Both the position numbers and the translations under genes were made by a program. The notes beneath the pieces are model-generated. The model had not been told where the DNA came from, ran no database searches, and saw nothing but the letters and a program-made list of their open reading frames with translations. From positions 1,249,590 through 1,303,195 of the forward strand of contig NW_014577063.1 of NCBI RefSeq assembly GCF_000485595.1: a stretch of DNA of 53,606 nucleotides, given 5' to 3'. This stretch comes from Priapulus caudatus. Lineage: Eukaryota. Of the stretch, positions 36,557 through 49,945 are shown in pieces; within the stretch, counting starts at the first letter, position 1, and the number at the start of each line of letters is the position of its first letter.

Positions 36557-39500
36557 TATATATATATATATATATATATATATCNNNNNNNNNNNNNNNN
36601 NNNNNNNNNGGTTCGTTATCCACTCTTTCTATCTCTCTCATCTCTCTTTCTCTTTATTTCTCTCTCTCCTCTGCTCTCCTCCCGTCTCTGTCCTGCTGTC
36701 TTGTGTAATGGTATGTGCCGTCTTGAGTATGTACAACGATACGATGTGTCCTAGGTTCAGTTTATTATTTTCAAGTTAAACTAATATATGCAAATTAAAA
36801 TGGGCGGTTTTAATAATTTCTCTCATTCTCGATATTTTTTTGTGTCTTTGATGTTATATAGGAGATGAATTACATTGCTACACACGCATACTTCTGTAAG
36901 TCGAGAACAATATATAATATAACGGGTAGTACCTATTTCTTTTATTATTAGGGTTTCACCCACACATATCTAAGAATACCCCTCCCCCTTTAGTCCCTAA
37001 CATCATCACACGCAGTCTCTATAGTAGCTAGGTGTTTAATGTCAGACCACTTAAACGGCAGGTCCCTCTCTCAGACATCGGGCCTGCGCATCCGATACCA
37101 TGCTAATTTCCTCATGTCCGTAGTGAGTATTCAGCTACCCGTGGACTCTATTTTCGTTCTTGAGCGCTCAGCCCTCATTTTGACATATTTTACTTGCGTA
37201 TTGTTCTTAGATTCAATTCTATTTATATATATCGCATGCCGTTCGCATTGGCTTCTCTCTTTCACAGTGCCTCGTCGCTTTATATTCTCTCGACTTTGCA
37301 CTACGCCCTCAGTCTAGTGCCGTGCTTTGGCAGTAGGCAGTTCTTATTTAAAGTCTATAAAGTCATAACGCTCAATTTCTATGCGCGTGATAAAGTTACG
37401 TGTAAGAAATCTCATAATTCATATTCGTTCTATTTGAAGTACTTCAAACAAAGATCCTAAATTCAAATTCTGACCACATTTTCGCTTCTCATTGTTCGCC
37501 TGAAATTGTCACAGTATTTAGTTATACGATGTCAGCGTATGTTAACCATGTTTATATAGCAAAATAGACTGCCAGAGTAAAATATGTCTCAGTTATGCAT
37601 ACCTTAGTCATTTTCTGTTGGTCACGCTCCTAACCCCTAGGAGGAGGCGGTGGGTGGTAGTATGTCTGAGATGCTATATATTAATGGTCTTTTAATATTT
37701 CTTGCATAATATGGAGTATTAAACGTTTATTTTGCATAGTACCTTGGTGGGGTTGTCACTTTTTATAAATTCTAACTGTTTTACATAATCCCGCCCTACT
37801 TGTTATTGGTTTAATGTCTTTCTGCAGGTACAGCGCGAGCTGTTATTTACTATTTTTTTTTCAGTTCGATTTACTGTCAGATTCCAATCGGTAGAAAGGC
37901 AGCGGAGTGTCTGGCCGCCGGTCCTTCTGTTCGTCGTCCTGTCTGTCCGTCGTTTCCGTCTCTCTAAGTCCGCTCCCGCGGTCTGGGTCCGCAGGTCGCC
38001 ACTCAAAGGAGGGACAGCGAGTATTATTCTAGCAACTACGTCGACGTATGGTATTGACAGTTTAATTATGAATGTGGGAAGAAACAAAGTTCGAAAAATA
38101 TGGACGCGACGGTCGGAACCCTCTAGGCTCCCACCAAGGATCAAAGGTCACGAGACGCGAAAGCGGAGCCGATCATTTTCGACCTTAACTTGAAGGTTTA
38201 TATTGGGACCAGCGTATTATCGGCAGCGTATAGGTAATAACGGTAAAAACGTGCGCCGTCCCCTCGAGCAGCAATGCTCTGATATCTGTAGGAAGTGATG
38301 TGGACAAAGCAGTGTGAGAAGAAACATTTGCCCTACAGAACTTTTGGTGTCTTTTGGCAAAGCACAGTTAATAGAACAAAAATTGGCGTTGTTTGACGAC
38401 AACAGATTTTCGGAAAGAAATGCGCTCCCTCGCGTGCTAACGCGAGCCGCAGGCAGGGAGCGGTCGCTGAGCGCGAGACGCCGGAGTTGACCTCTGTCTT
38501 GGTTACCCCCTGCTTTCCTATCTGCCAACTCTCGTATCCGCGCTGATCGCGTGACCCTAGACCTCCCTACCCTTCCCGCATAACCCCTCTCTTCTCTCAT
38601 CCTCCTCTCTCTCTCCTCTCCTCCTCTCCCTCCTCCTTCCTCTTTCTCTCTCCTCCTATCCCTCTCATCTCTATATCCTTCATCCCTCTCTCCCATCCTC
38701 TCCTCCCTCTACTCTTTCTCTCATATCTCTCTCCATTCTCTTTATCTCCTCTCTCTTTATTCTCTCTCTCTCTCTCTTTCTCTTGTAAAATTTAGTTATG
38801 TGCGTACTCGAACGTATGGTCAACGGACGATGTGTCCTAGCGTCAGTTTATTAAATTTTAATAAACTAAATACTCTGCAAGACACTAAAAACCGTGTCGC
38901 GGAAACATTCCAGATTTCTATGTCCCTTGATCTATAGCGGGCATGTAATACATGGCTACACACGCAATACTTCCTGTTAAGTCCCGAGAACAACTATAAT
39001 ACCCCTACTACCTTATACTCACATATATAATATATTAATACCTATCAATATATATCACCTATCACCTATATCCATAATTAGGTATTTACCAACATATCTA
39101 CGACCTCTTCCCCTTTTATCCCTAATACACATCAACGCAAGGTCTCCCACTGTACGCTCCTGTGTTTAATGTCTAGACACACCCCTTAGAGAGCCCATCT
39201 ACATCGCCTGTCGCTTGATATCCATGTAATCTCTCTCGCTGCAGTGATGATTAGGCCACTGCTACTTTATTCGTTTCTTGAGCGCAGCCCCCCACTTGCA
39301 ATATTTACTTCGCGTATGTTCTAAGAGTAATTTAACTTAATTACCGCAGCCGGTCGCGATTGCGCGTTTTTTGTTCGAAATCGGCCCTGCATACTCCACC
39401 CCTATGTCACACATGGTTCCATGTCTAGTGCTGTGCTTTTTGGCATATGACTTCTAAAGTCTATTAAAGTCATACGCAATTTCTATGCCTTATAAATTAC

Positions 39501-41623
39501 TGTTTTAAGTAAATTTTCTTCTATTGATATTCGTATTCGTTCTTATTTAGCACGTACTTCACAACCAAGCCCAGGTCTAACACTTCAAATTCATGCCAAA
39601 TTTGTTCATCTCGTCCTACCAACCTTCGTGCAAGTAGCTCTTATTTCAACATGTCACGTACTGTCTGAACATGTTTCGAAAATAACGGCCAAAACACTAT
39701 GAATAGCTACTGATACAGTCCATTCTTTGTTGGCAGAATAAACCTAGGAACTGTGGTTATATTACAGCGCCGTAATAAATGGTTTAATTTTTTGGCATAA
39801 TGCGAGATTTCAACAACCGTTATCTGCAAAGTAACACAGGTGCGGAGGCCTCTCCTTAAATGGCACGGTTTTACATAACTCCCGGATATTATGCGATAAA
39901 TGCCTTGCCATAAACACACCGAGCTGGTCATATTTACTATATCAGCTCGATATACTGTCCACGCCATCCGCGAACTCCCGTACCGAAAGGCAACGCGTCG
40001 TTTCTGAATCCGTCGATCTGTTCGTCGCTCCTGTCTTGTCCGCTCGTCCTCGTCTCTCTGTCGTCCCGTCTCCGATCACCAATACCAGCCATCAACAAAC
40101 ACCGACGTACCCTACCAATCTACACGAACTACTCGACGAGTATTACGCTATTCAAAACGCCAATAATGACATGCTGGACAGAACACCCAACGTCGAAACC
40201 ACTTGAGAGGTCAGAATCTATGCCGTCTCCAAAGAGTTTCGACTTAAACCTAAGGCATAGCGACCACCCGTATAGTGGCCAGGTATAGCGTAATAACGCT
40301 AACACGCTGGCACTTAGCGCATCGCTCCTGATCTATATTAGGTTTAACCACACATATCTAGAATACCCCTCCCCCTTTTAGTCCCTAACACATCAACGCA
40401 GTCTATGTAGCTTTGTGTTTAATGTCTAGACACACCTAAGAGAGTCCATTAACATCGGCTGCGCATGATACCATGTAATTTCTCATGTGATATTAGCACT
40501 CTACTTATTCGTTTCTTGAGCGCAGCCCATTGACATATTTACTTGCGTATGTTCTAAGAGTAATTTATTAATACGCAGCCGTCGCATTGGCTTTTTTTCA
40601 AATCCGGCTATATCACTTGCACAGGCCCAGTCTAGTGCGTGCTTTGGCATAGATTCTAAAGTCTATTAAAGTCAACGCAATTCTATGCTATAAATTACTT
40701 AAGAAATCTTCATGAATTCATATTCGTTCTATTGAAGTATTCAACAAGATCCTAAAATTCAAATTCTGCCAATTTGTCTCATTGTCCCTAAAATTGTCAA
40801 GTATTTATTTACATGTCACGTATGTTAACATGTTTCGAAAATAACGCCAAAATATGTAGTATGATACAGTCATTTTTTGTTGGCAGATAACCTAGGAACG
40901 GTGGTTATATTCGGACGTAATAAATGGTTTTAATTTTTTGCATAATGGAGATTTAAACGTTATTTTGCAAGTACCAGGTGGGGGCACTTTTAAATCACGT
41001 TTTACATAATCCGATATTATGATTAATGCCTGCATAACACCGAGCTGGTTATTTACTATTCAGCTCGATATACTGTCAGATCCAATCCGTAGAAAGGCAC
41101 GAGTGTTTGTCCGTCCGTCTGTTCGTCCGTCTGTCTGTCCGTCCGTCCGTCTCTCTGTCCGTCCGTCTGTCCATCCGCCCATCAAAAACACGAGTATAAA
41201 TCTAAACTACTCGACGGATAGTATTAAACGTTATGAATGTGGAAGAAACAAGTCGAAAATTGGGAGGTCGAATCTAGGTTCAAAGGTTTCGACTTAACTA
41301 AAGGCATAGGACCACGTATAGGACATGCTTATAGGACATGCTTAGCGCATGCTCTTGATATCTGGTAGGAAGTGCGTGGAAGAGTGTGAGAGAAACCTTC
41401 GCCTTGACAGAATTGAAGGCAGCGGCCGCAAGGCAAAGACCAGATGAACAAAAAACAAGTGTTCGACGACAACGGATTTTCGGAAGAAATGGTCTTCGTC
41501 TAACGGACCGAGCAGGACGGTCTAGCAGACCAGGAGTTACCTCTTATTGGTTACCCCTGCTATTTATCTGCCCACTCTCTATCGCTATCGCTATCTAGAT
41601 CTACTTCGTACCCTCTCTCTTCA

Positions 41624-41654
<31 letters not shown>

Positions 41655-43396
41655 TCTCTTTCTTCTACTCTCTATCTCTTCATCTCTCTTTCTTATCATT
41701 TCTCTCAATCTCTCTCTCTCATTCTCTCTATCTCTCTCTCCATCTCTTATCTCTGCTCTCTTATCTCTCTCTCTCTTCCTCTTTCTCTGTAAATTTTGGT
41801 ATGTGCGGTATTGAGTATGTAACGAACGATGTGTCCTAGGTCCGTTTATATTTTAATAAACTAATATATGCAAAATAAAAATGCGGGAAAACATTCGATT
41901 TTTGTCTTGATTCTATGAGGGATGTACTACATGGCTAACAGCACGCAATACTTCCTGTAAGTGCCGAGAACATATATATATATATATATATATAATATAG
42001 TATATATAAGTATAATATATTATATATTATGTTTAACCACAGCATATATCTTAGACCTCTCCCCCTTAGTCCCTAACACATCAACGCAGTCTATGTAGCT
42101 TTGAGTGTTGTAATGTCTAGACACCACCTAAGAGAGCCGCATTAAGCACGGCTGCGCATGATAACCATGTAATTTCTCATGTGATATTAGCACTCTACTT
42201 ATTCGTTTAAATTGAGCGCAGCCCATTGACATATTTACTCTGCGTATGTCAAGAGTAGATTTATTAATACGCAGCCGTCGTCGATTGGCTTTTTTTCAAA
42301 TCGCGGCTATGATCACTTGCACAGGCCCCAGTCTATGTGCGTGCTTGGCATAGATGCTAAAGTCTATTAAAGTCAACGGCATTCTATGTCTTATAAATTA
42401 CTTAAGAAATCTCATGATTCATAATTCGTCTAAATTGAAGGTATTCAACAAGATCCTAAATTCAATTCATGGGCCAATTTGTCTCAATGTCCTAAAAATT
42501 GTTCAAGTAATTTAGTTTACATGTCAACTATGTAACGATGTTTCGACAAATAATCCGCCAAATATGATAGATGATAACAGTCCATTTTTGTTGGCAGGAT
42601 AACCTAGGAACGTGGTTATATTGACGTATAGTAAATGGTTTTTTAGATTTTTTGCATAATGGAGATTTAAAACGTTATTTTGCAAGTACCAGGTGGGGCA
42701 ACTTTTAATCACGTTTTACATAATCCGATATATGATTGAATGCCTGCAATAAACACGAGCTGGTTATATTACTATTCAGCTCGATAGTAACTGTCAGATC
42801 CAATCCGTAGAAAGGCACGAAGTGTTTTGTCCGTCCGTCCTGTTCGTTGCCGTCTGTCTGTCCGTCCGTACCGTCTGCTCTGTCGCTCCGTCTGCATCCG
42901 CGACCATCAAAACACACGAGTGATAAATGCTAAACTACTCGAGATAGTATTAAACGTTACTGAATGTGGAAGAAACAAGTCGAAAAGTTGGTGAGGGTCG
43001 AATCTAGGTTCAGAGTTTCACTTAACTAAAGGCATAGGACCACGTATAGGGCACAGGTATAGGTAATTAACGCTAAAGCGTGCTTAGCGCAATGCTCTTG
43101 ATTCATTGGTAAGGAAGTGTGTGCAAGAGTGTGAAGAGAAACCCTCGGCCTTGACAGAATTGAAGGCAGCGGCCGCCAAGGCAAAGACCAAGATGAACAA
43201 AAAACAAGTGTTCGACGACAACGCGATGTTCGGAGAAATGGCCCTCTAACGCGATCGAGCAGGACACGGGCCTAGCAGACACCGAGTTACCCTTACTTGG
43301 GTGTACCCTGCTATTTATCGCCACTCTCTCATCGGCTATCGCTATCTAGAATCATACTTCGTACCGCTCTCTCTCATCGTCTCCTCTCTCTCTCTC

Positions 43397-43428
<32 letters not shown>

Positions 43429-43840
43429 GCCTCGCTCTATCTCTTGCATCTCTCTCTCTCTTCCTCTTAGTCTCTCTCTCTCACTCTCTCTCTCTCCGCA
43501 CCTCTCTCTCCCCTCATCTCTCCTACTCGAGCCCTGCGCTCTTTTCTCTCTCCCTCTCTCTCGTCTCTCTCTCTTCCTCTCTTTCTCTCTCGTGTTATCT
43601 CTCATCTCTTCGCTCCCTCTCTTCTCTGCTCTCTCATTCATCTCTTCTCTCTCTTCCTTCTTTTCTCTGCATTCTCTCTCCCCTCTTTCTTCTTTTCTCT
43701 CTCTCTCTTCACTCGCTCTCCTCTCTCTCTCTTATATCTCTCTTTCTCTCTCTCTTCTTCGTCTCTCGTCTCTCCCACTCTTTCTCTTTCGTTCACATCT
43801 GCTCCTCCTCTCTCTCTCTCTCCCTTCCTCTCTATCACCT
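33446..43840. repeat. Tandem array of about 5 copies (some partial) of a ~2-kb Helentron/HINE-like unit with embedded (TA)n, (GTCY)n and (CT)n
   Basis: Block A (GTAAATTTGGTAT..GAGAACAAT) recurs at about 33446, 36351, 36705, 38785 and 41789. Block B (CCACACATATCTAG..) recurs at about 34350, 36960, 39085, 40347 and 42036. Block C, with (GTCC)n and GGAAGAAACAAGTCG, follows each B. Confidence 0.9.
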
Positions 43841-44377
43841 CTATTTGCTAATCACAGTCACTCTGCGACATGGCTGAGGCGTGAAATTCCAGAAAGCCAT
43901 ATTTCTATTGCATTTCGAAAACGCTAAACGAATTCAGCTGTCAGCTTCCAACTGTCCTCGTCCTACTTCAACTACTGGCAACGACTCTCGGGCAAGCGCT
44001 GTCACTCTCGAAGCACTTGCTATGATCCGTAATAATCTGGCGTGTTACATATATCGTTTTAAGTTCGTTCCGACATCCACCGCCATAGCTCTCTAGCTAA
44101 TAGCGAACGCTCCGCACTACCCTAATCCAAGAGCTCCGATCATTCCACTCACAACTCGTGTCCTCAGTTCTGCACAGAGGTAAACTGGGTGGTCACACAA
44201 TGCCTGCAGATTATGAAAGAAACCGCGGAATACTCCCTGCGTACATATTTTGCTATACAGCTTCTCTTTAGACGCATTACACAGACTACCCTCAGTGAAA
44301 TTGTTAACATTATTGTTTCAGCTTTATCAATTAATATGTTTAATAAATATAGTACCTCCAACGCGTAATTGAAAAAG

Positions 44378-44438
44378 TGAATTAAATTGAATTAAATTGA
44401 ATTAAATTGAATTGAATTGAATTGAATTGAACTGAATT
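44378..44438. repeat. (AATTG)n microsatellite
   Basis: Visible. Confidence 0.85.
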
Positions 44439-45949
44439 ATGTATAGTCTATATATTATGTGCACGTAGGAGTGGCCGTAGGTAAGATTAACGCACTTCGA
44501 GAATCTTGACCGCTATATGAACTCTGCTGGGATCTGTAGGTAGAGTCACAGTATTACTGGAGTCAGTCGTTTCGATCATGACAAACTCGGTGTTTTCGGC
44601 TATCAGCAGTGACGTCATGCATATCCGATGCTCTCTCGCATCTGTCTGTCATTTAATTATTGTACTTATCATTGCAAATATTCCCCCGACTAGCTGCTAT
44701 GCTAGATTGATTTTCCCGTAATTTTAGTGCTCGCATATACTCGACACGCGCTGCTGCCGGCTACATTTTATCGAATTAACTAATATAGAATTCATTACTA
44801 TATTATTTAATCGAAACGAGATGCCTATATTACGACATACACGCCGCTATTGCATACACACGCAGCGTTGTAATGGCTGGTGTTCGAAGGACTGCCTTTG
44901 TTGAGCGAGTCTATATTTATTCTATCATGGGACGTTAATTGCTGTCAGTAATCATTTTTTGGCATGTCTTGTAACTTGGCATGCACAGTACTAAACACCC
45001 ACTCGTTCATCGCCAATGAGTATAATCATGTAGCAGAGATAAAGGGATTCGTCGTGGGCGATCTTTTTAATGCATATAATGCGAGCTCTAATTAAACTAG
45101 GGGGTGTGCATGGTACCAGTAGTGTCGTCTAAAATTGGTTAGTTCAACAGCGTTTATACAGTTCAGTCGTAAAATTTCGTTCGCAGTTTGACTCTAACAG
45201 CAACACGTTAACGCGAATAAAGTACCCTATCCCGCTATATATATTTTTTTATGTGCACGCAATCACTTAAACGCCTTGCATGCATGCAGCTACTCCGTTA
45301 ATCAAATGCTCAGTTTCGAATCCCAGAATGACGCAATCACAAAGGATAAATGCCGTATACACTATAGATATGCCTTCTAAGCATTATCGATCGAGATAAA
45401 AAAAAAAACTAGATTTAAAACCCTAGGTTAGATAAATGAAAAATATGCTTTATTTTATGCAGGTAATAGATAGCCCAGGGATCGTTCATCATCTATAAGG
45501 ATTTTTTTCCGCAGGTTTCCCTCTGTTTATATCGCTTCATGAAATTAATGGTGGCGTGAAAATTTATCGTGCGAAACGAGTTTTACTATTCGTTTTTTTT
45601 TCGTGGATATTCGGTGGCACTTCGTTTACGCAACATTCAATATCAGTCAATAGTAAGTTCGAAATAGTTATCACTATCCTTACGTTCCATCGAAGATTCG
45701 TTGACTGCCGATAGAAGATGATAAATCTTGACTATCGATTCAAACAAAGCCGCGACGTGCTGCTAGCACAATTGTCTCATTTCTCTGATCCACACCGAGC
45801 AACGGACACCGTGGAATTGCGCGCGCGCGTTAAATTTCAGCGATTGCAAATGGCAACAGATATAAGAAACCGCCAGGAGGCATGCATCAGCAGCGAGCGG
45901 ATGTGACTGATCGGATTTAAAATGATGGACGCGATTACTGCAATATATT

Positions 45950-46060
45950 CGGCGCTCGCGCGCCCAGACGCGTACGTGACGTCACCGCAGCGAACAGATG
46001 AACATCCGCCCGCCGGCTGCGAGTGCGAACCGACCGGCACCGGATGTACAAGATGGCGAA
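45950..46060 (+). promoter_or_regulatory. CpG-rich cluster of CRE, ETS and YY1-like motifs
   Basis: GTGACGTCAC at 45976-45985, ACCGGATGT at 46039-46047 and CAAGATGGCG at 46049-46058. Confidence 0.3.
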
Positions 46061-46661
46061 TCGATTCACTCCTGCTCCTGCGAGCGTCGGAGCTCTAGAG
46101 CACAATTTATTGGTCTAGTGGTTACATACGTCATGTCGAGGCGCTAATATTTCCCCTCTAGAAAATGATTGTGGCTGATTATCCCACTCAATACAAGGTC
46201 ATTGCAGTCCCAGATATTCGGGGACCAATCGTTCTTTTTTTGCGTGGATAAACGTAAGCAATGTAAAACTTAATCAGTCGAGAGCGAAAATTCAGCTTCA
46301 GAATAAATAATATTTTGTGGGCGGCTTTATTCGTATATGATTCTTGAAGTTTCAATTTCGTGTCGCATATTTTATGAACATTTAATAGCTTAGACTTGGT
46401 TACACAGGAAATAATCCATGATTTCTTCTCCGATGGCATTCCAATTACGCAGGCACGTTGTTATTTGCTAATTGAATATATCTGCACTGCTTCTTCGAGT
46501 AGATTATATATCTATCAATAGCTGTTTCTAGATAATTAGGTATGCTCTGGTAATATGGCGTGTTTATTGTTTCGAAGATGGAACATCGGTCATGTATCAA
46601 TTATTCTTGTAAACAGTATAGAGATAAACGCATTTTCCGAGACATTAACAGCCGGGCTGTT

Positions 46662-46792
46662 GTTCATACTATGCGATATCGCGCATATAGGTTCATACTA
46701 TGCGATATCGTACATATAGGCTCATACTATGCGATATCGTGTATATAGGTTCATACTATGCGATATCATGCATAGGTTCACACTATGCGATA
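46662..46792. repeat. 29-bp minisatellite (GTTCATACTATGCGATATCGTACATATAG)n
   Basis: About 4.5 visible copies. Confidence 0.9.
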
Positions 46793-47122
46793 CTGTACTA
46801 TGGAAGACCAAGTACCTCTCATATTTATCTCTCAATAAATTTCTTAATTAATGCGCGTCATATATAAACTAATAAAATCAACGAATAGTGTCACAGAACG
46901 CTCGTCGAGCGGGCATACTTATAAACGTCGACTATGGGTATATGCCACGAGGAATAGGAATGTAGATACAAGAAGGCCACTTGTTATAATGCGGCGAGAA
47001 AGTGCTTATTATTATACGCACACCTGCCCACCCGTGCGTGCATACTCAGACGAGCGCTCTATCCACTATAGCACGCACGCACACAGACACACACGCATAC
47101 GTACTCTCCCAAGTGCTCACGC

Positions 47123-47234
47123 GCTCTCTCTCTCTTTCTCTCTCTCTCTCTCTTTTTATTTATCTCTCTCTCTCTCTCTTTTTCTTTCTCTCTCTGTCTC
47201 TCTATCTGTCTCTCTCTCTCTCTCTCTCTCTCTC
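47123..47234. repeat. (CT)n microsatellite
   Basis: Visible. Confidence 0.95.
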
Positions 47235-47900
47235 ACGAATGCACGTACGCACATATATACCTTCGCGCAGTGAGTGGTAAGAACTTGAACGATCTGAGTA
47301 TACGATCGATGGTGAACGATTGAACCGTCCCTGCGTGATATCTGAGCCGCTTTCCTGGTCAAAACTAAATCTCGCGCGTCAAATCGTCAATAGTCACACT
47401 CGTTTAAAAAAAATCCTCCTTACTATACAAACACAGTGACCTTTTCAGAGAGGGGGATGCGACGGCATGTGAAATCACGAAAGTGATTTGAAAAGATTTT
47501 TTTTCGCGACGGGAAGTGATTGACTGGCTAGTATTAATAGTGTAGCGTTTCATCGCTCTAATGTTCTTCAATCTCTGTCACGGCTGAGTGCGTCTCTTGA
47601 TGTCACGTCCGTTACTGTCACCCGATACATCACTATACACTGGCGAACCTGTACGGGTAGAATTCCGATAATTATTCCCATTCATGAGGAGGCGCACACC
47701 GCGGGACCACGGGTGCAACCCAACGGGTGCGGCCAGCAACGCAGTCGCTACCGAGAAAAAAATTACGCGTATACTGCGTGCAGTGCGCATCTCTATAATA
47801 ATAGATATAGGTTTTCCTGTAGGCAAGCGAAATATCGGCGTTGTCAACATAACTATAGGCGCGCGTGGCAAGGCTATTGTTATTCTCGCATCAATAGTTA

Positions 47901-47988
47901 GGGTGATACTCCATTAGCAGTATTCCTAACTTTAATGTCATAACGACATAACATAACTTAACATGACTTAATATTTAAGATCATAATA

Positions 47989-48022
<34 letters not shown>

Positions 48023-48195
48023 GGTCATGGTCATATATTAGTTTGTGGTTTAATGTCATTTAGATTAGGGTTAGGGGTTAGGGTTAGGGTTAGAATTAGG
48101 GTTAGGGTTAGGATTATCAATCATTAATCATTAATCATTAATCATTAATCATTAATGATATCAAAGTTGGGAACACTCCTAATGGAGCGTTAGCC
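47901..48195. mobile_element. Merlin/MULE-like MITE carrying (TTAGGG)n
   Basis: Degenerate 33-bp TIRs GGGTGATACTCCATTAGCAGTATTCCTAACTTT / AAAGTTGGGAACACTCCTAATGGAGCGTTAGCC and TSD AATAGTTA on both sides. Internal (CA)n, (TA)n, (TTAGGG)n and (TAATCAT)n. Confidence 0.7.
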
Positions 48196-48316
48196 AATAG
48201 TTATGTAATGGTAATGCGGCATGGTTACATTTAACACACTGTATCATAATTAATGCTAGAGTAACTATGCCGCCTAATGCTGCATTAACATTTAACACAT
48301 TATGATAAGGTCACAC

Positions 48317-48353
48317 GTGAATAATAATAGATCTATTATTATTCACTCCTGAT
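48317..48353. repeat. Perfect 30-bp palindrome, a copy of the 21160 element
   Basis: GTGAATAATAATAGATCTATTATTATTCAC followed by TCCTGAT. Confidence 0.8.
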
Positions 48354-48754
48354 GAGGTTATAGCGGCAAACTAGGCGAGCGTAGATATGCAGCGAGTATA
48401 TCGGCAAAATATGCGAAGCACGTCGCCATCTTGTAAAACGGGTTGTGGTTGGACCGTGTTGACCTTCTAAGAAAAAATAAGGACAAGAAACTACTCGTTC
48501 GACAATTCGATAGTAACGATGCAGGTTTACCGGCAGAGGTACCGATAATTATTTTCCGTTGGCATCAGGTCGGCCCAGATAGCCCACATTGTCACGTGCA
48601 AATGAAGCTTGACCGGTTGAGTGGTTGGCCTTTCATCAAGGTTGTTGCCTGCAGAGATGGTTCTCTAACGATCTGATTAAAGGAGAAACACATTTACGAC
48701 CGCGCTCATTCATTCACGATCGAGCTCCATGTGCCTGTCGAGTATGCATGGTAT

Positions 48755-48949
48755 GAGGGGTAGATAATGACAAATCGTCATTATCTATCTGTCATTATTA
48801 TGTCGTTATGTCATAATATCTTATGCCTTATGACATATGTCTTATGCCGTTATGTCGTTATGTCATTATTTCTCGTTATTTGTCATCTATTTTGTCATTA
48901 TATATCTAATGATAAATCGTCATTATCGATTTGTCATTAGCTACCTCTG
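48755..48949. mobile_element. MITE with internal TGTCATTA repeats
   Basis: TIRs GAGGGGTAGATAATGACAAATCG / CGATTTGTCATTAGCTACCTCTG; flanks ATGGTAT / ATAGTAT match 6/7. Confidence 0.6.
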
Positions 48950-49692
48950 ATAGTATGTAGTGTGGAATAATTGTGCATATAGTATTCAAGTATTCTTTGT
49001 GTGTCTTTGTTTCACATCTACATCTCTGTTCCCACTGGTCAGTATGGTAATCACGTGGGAGTAGAGTAACCGTTGCTATGAACGCCTATAGCCCCCACGT
49101 GATTTTTACGGACAAATAGAAATAAATATATGTATTCCAAATTGTTTTATTAAAAATGCGTAAAAACGAAGTATCTATAACGTATAAGCGAGTAGAATGT
49201 TATTGCATCAGTAATGACTGCTATAACGGTTACAACGGTTACGGTTATAACGGTTACATTAGGACAATTTATTATAAGCATCGAACCGACCGACAATCAT
49301 AAGGTTATGATGTAATCTAACTATAAACTCGTGTGTGTTTATTTTTCACTTAATCAATATAGCGACGCATGCTTCGAATCCCCCCCCCACCGCTTCAGCT
49401 TTGTAGGACGCACGCTCGTGATATACGTGTGTACAATGTCGTTATGCGCTTTACGAACGTGCCAATTCGGCATTAATGAGGACCCAGCTATATAACCAAA
49501 TTGGTCAGCTTTTCATAAGATGCACTCGATCGTTATCGGCACGCCCCGGCGGGCTCCCTGACTCCGATAATAAGTGTTGAATTGCGTCACGCGTCGTGGA
49601 TTACGTACGTCGACTTATTGTTGATTGGTCGCACCTGGGCATGTGTGTGACTAGCCGCGCTGCCGCTGCCGCTGCCGCTGCTGCGTCCTGCT

Positions 49693-49901
49693 GCAGCCGG
49701 CTGAAAGGTGCAATAGGGTATGTTTACTAGGCACTTGCACAAAGAATGATGCAAAAACCCTAACCCTAACCCTAACCCTAAGCCTAACCCTAACCCTAAC
49801 CCTAACCCTAACCCTAACCCTGACCCTAATTAAATTTAAAATACATGTTAAAATTAGAAGTGCCTAGTAAACATATCCTATCGCACCTTTCAGCCGGCTG
49901 C
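49693..49901. mobile_element. MULE-like MITE with a (CCCTAA)n core
   Basis: 44-bp TIRs GCAGCCGGCTGAAAGGTGC...ACTAGGCACTT, a perfect 9-bp TSD CGTCCTGCT (49684-49692 and 49902-49910), and about 12 telomeric repeats inside. Confidence 0.85.
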
Positions 49902-49945
49902 CGTCCTGCTAGTCTGATGACGTGACACCGAGAGCGAGCCAGGGT

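Noticed and set aside
49049..49104. Short hairpin AATCACGTGGG...CCCACGTGATT
   Set aside because: Only 11-bp arms with no element boundaries or TSD; too weak to call.
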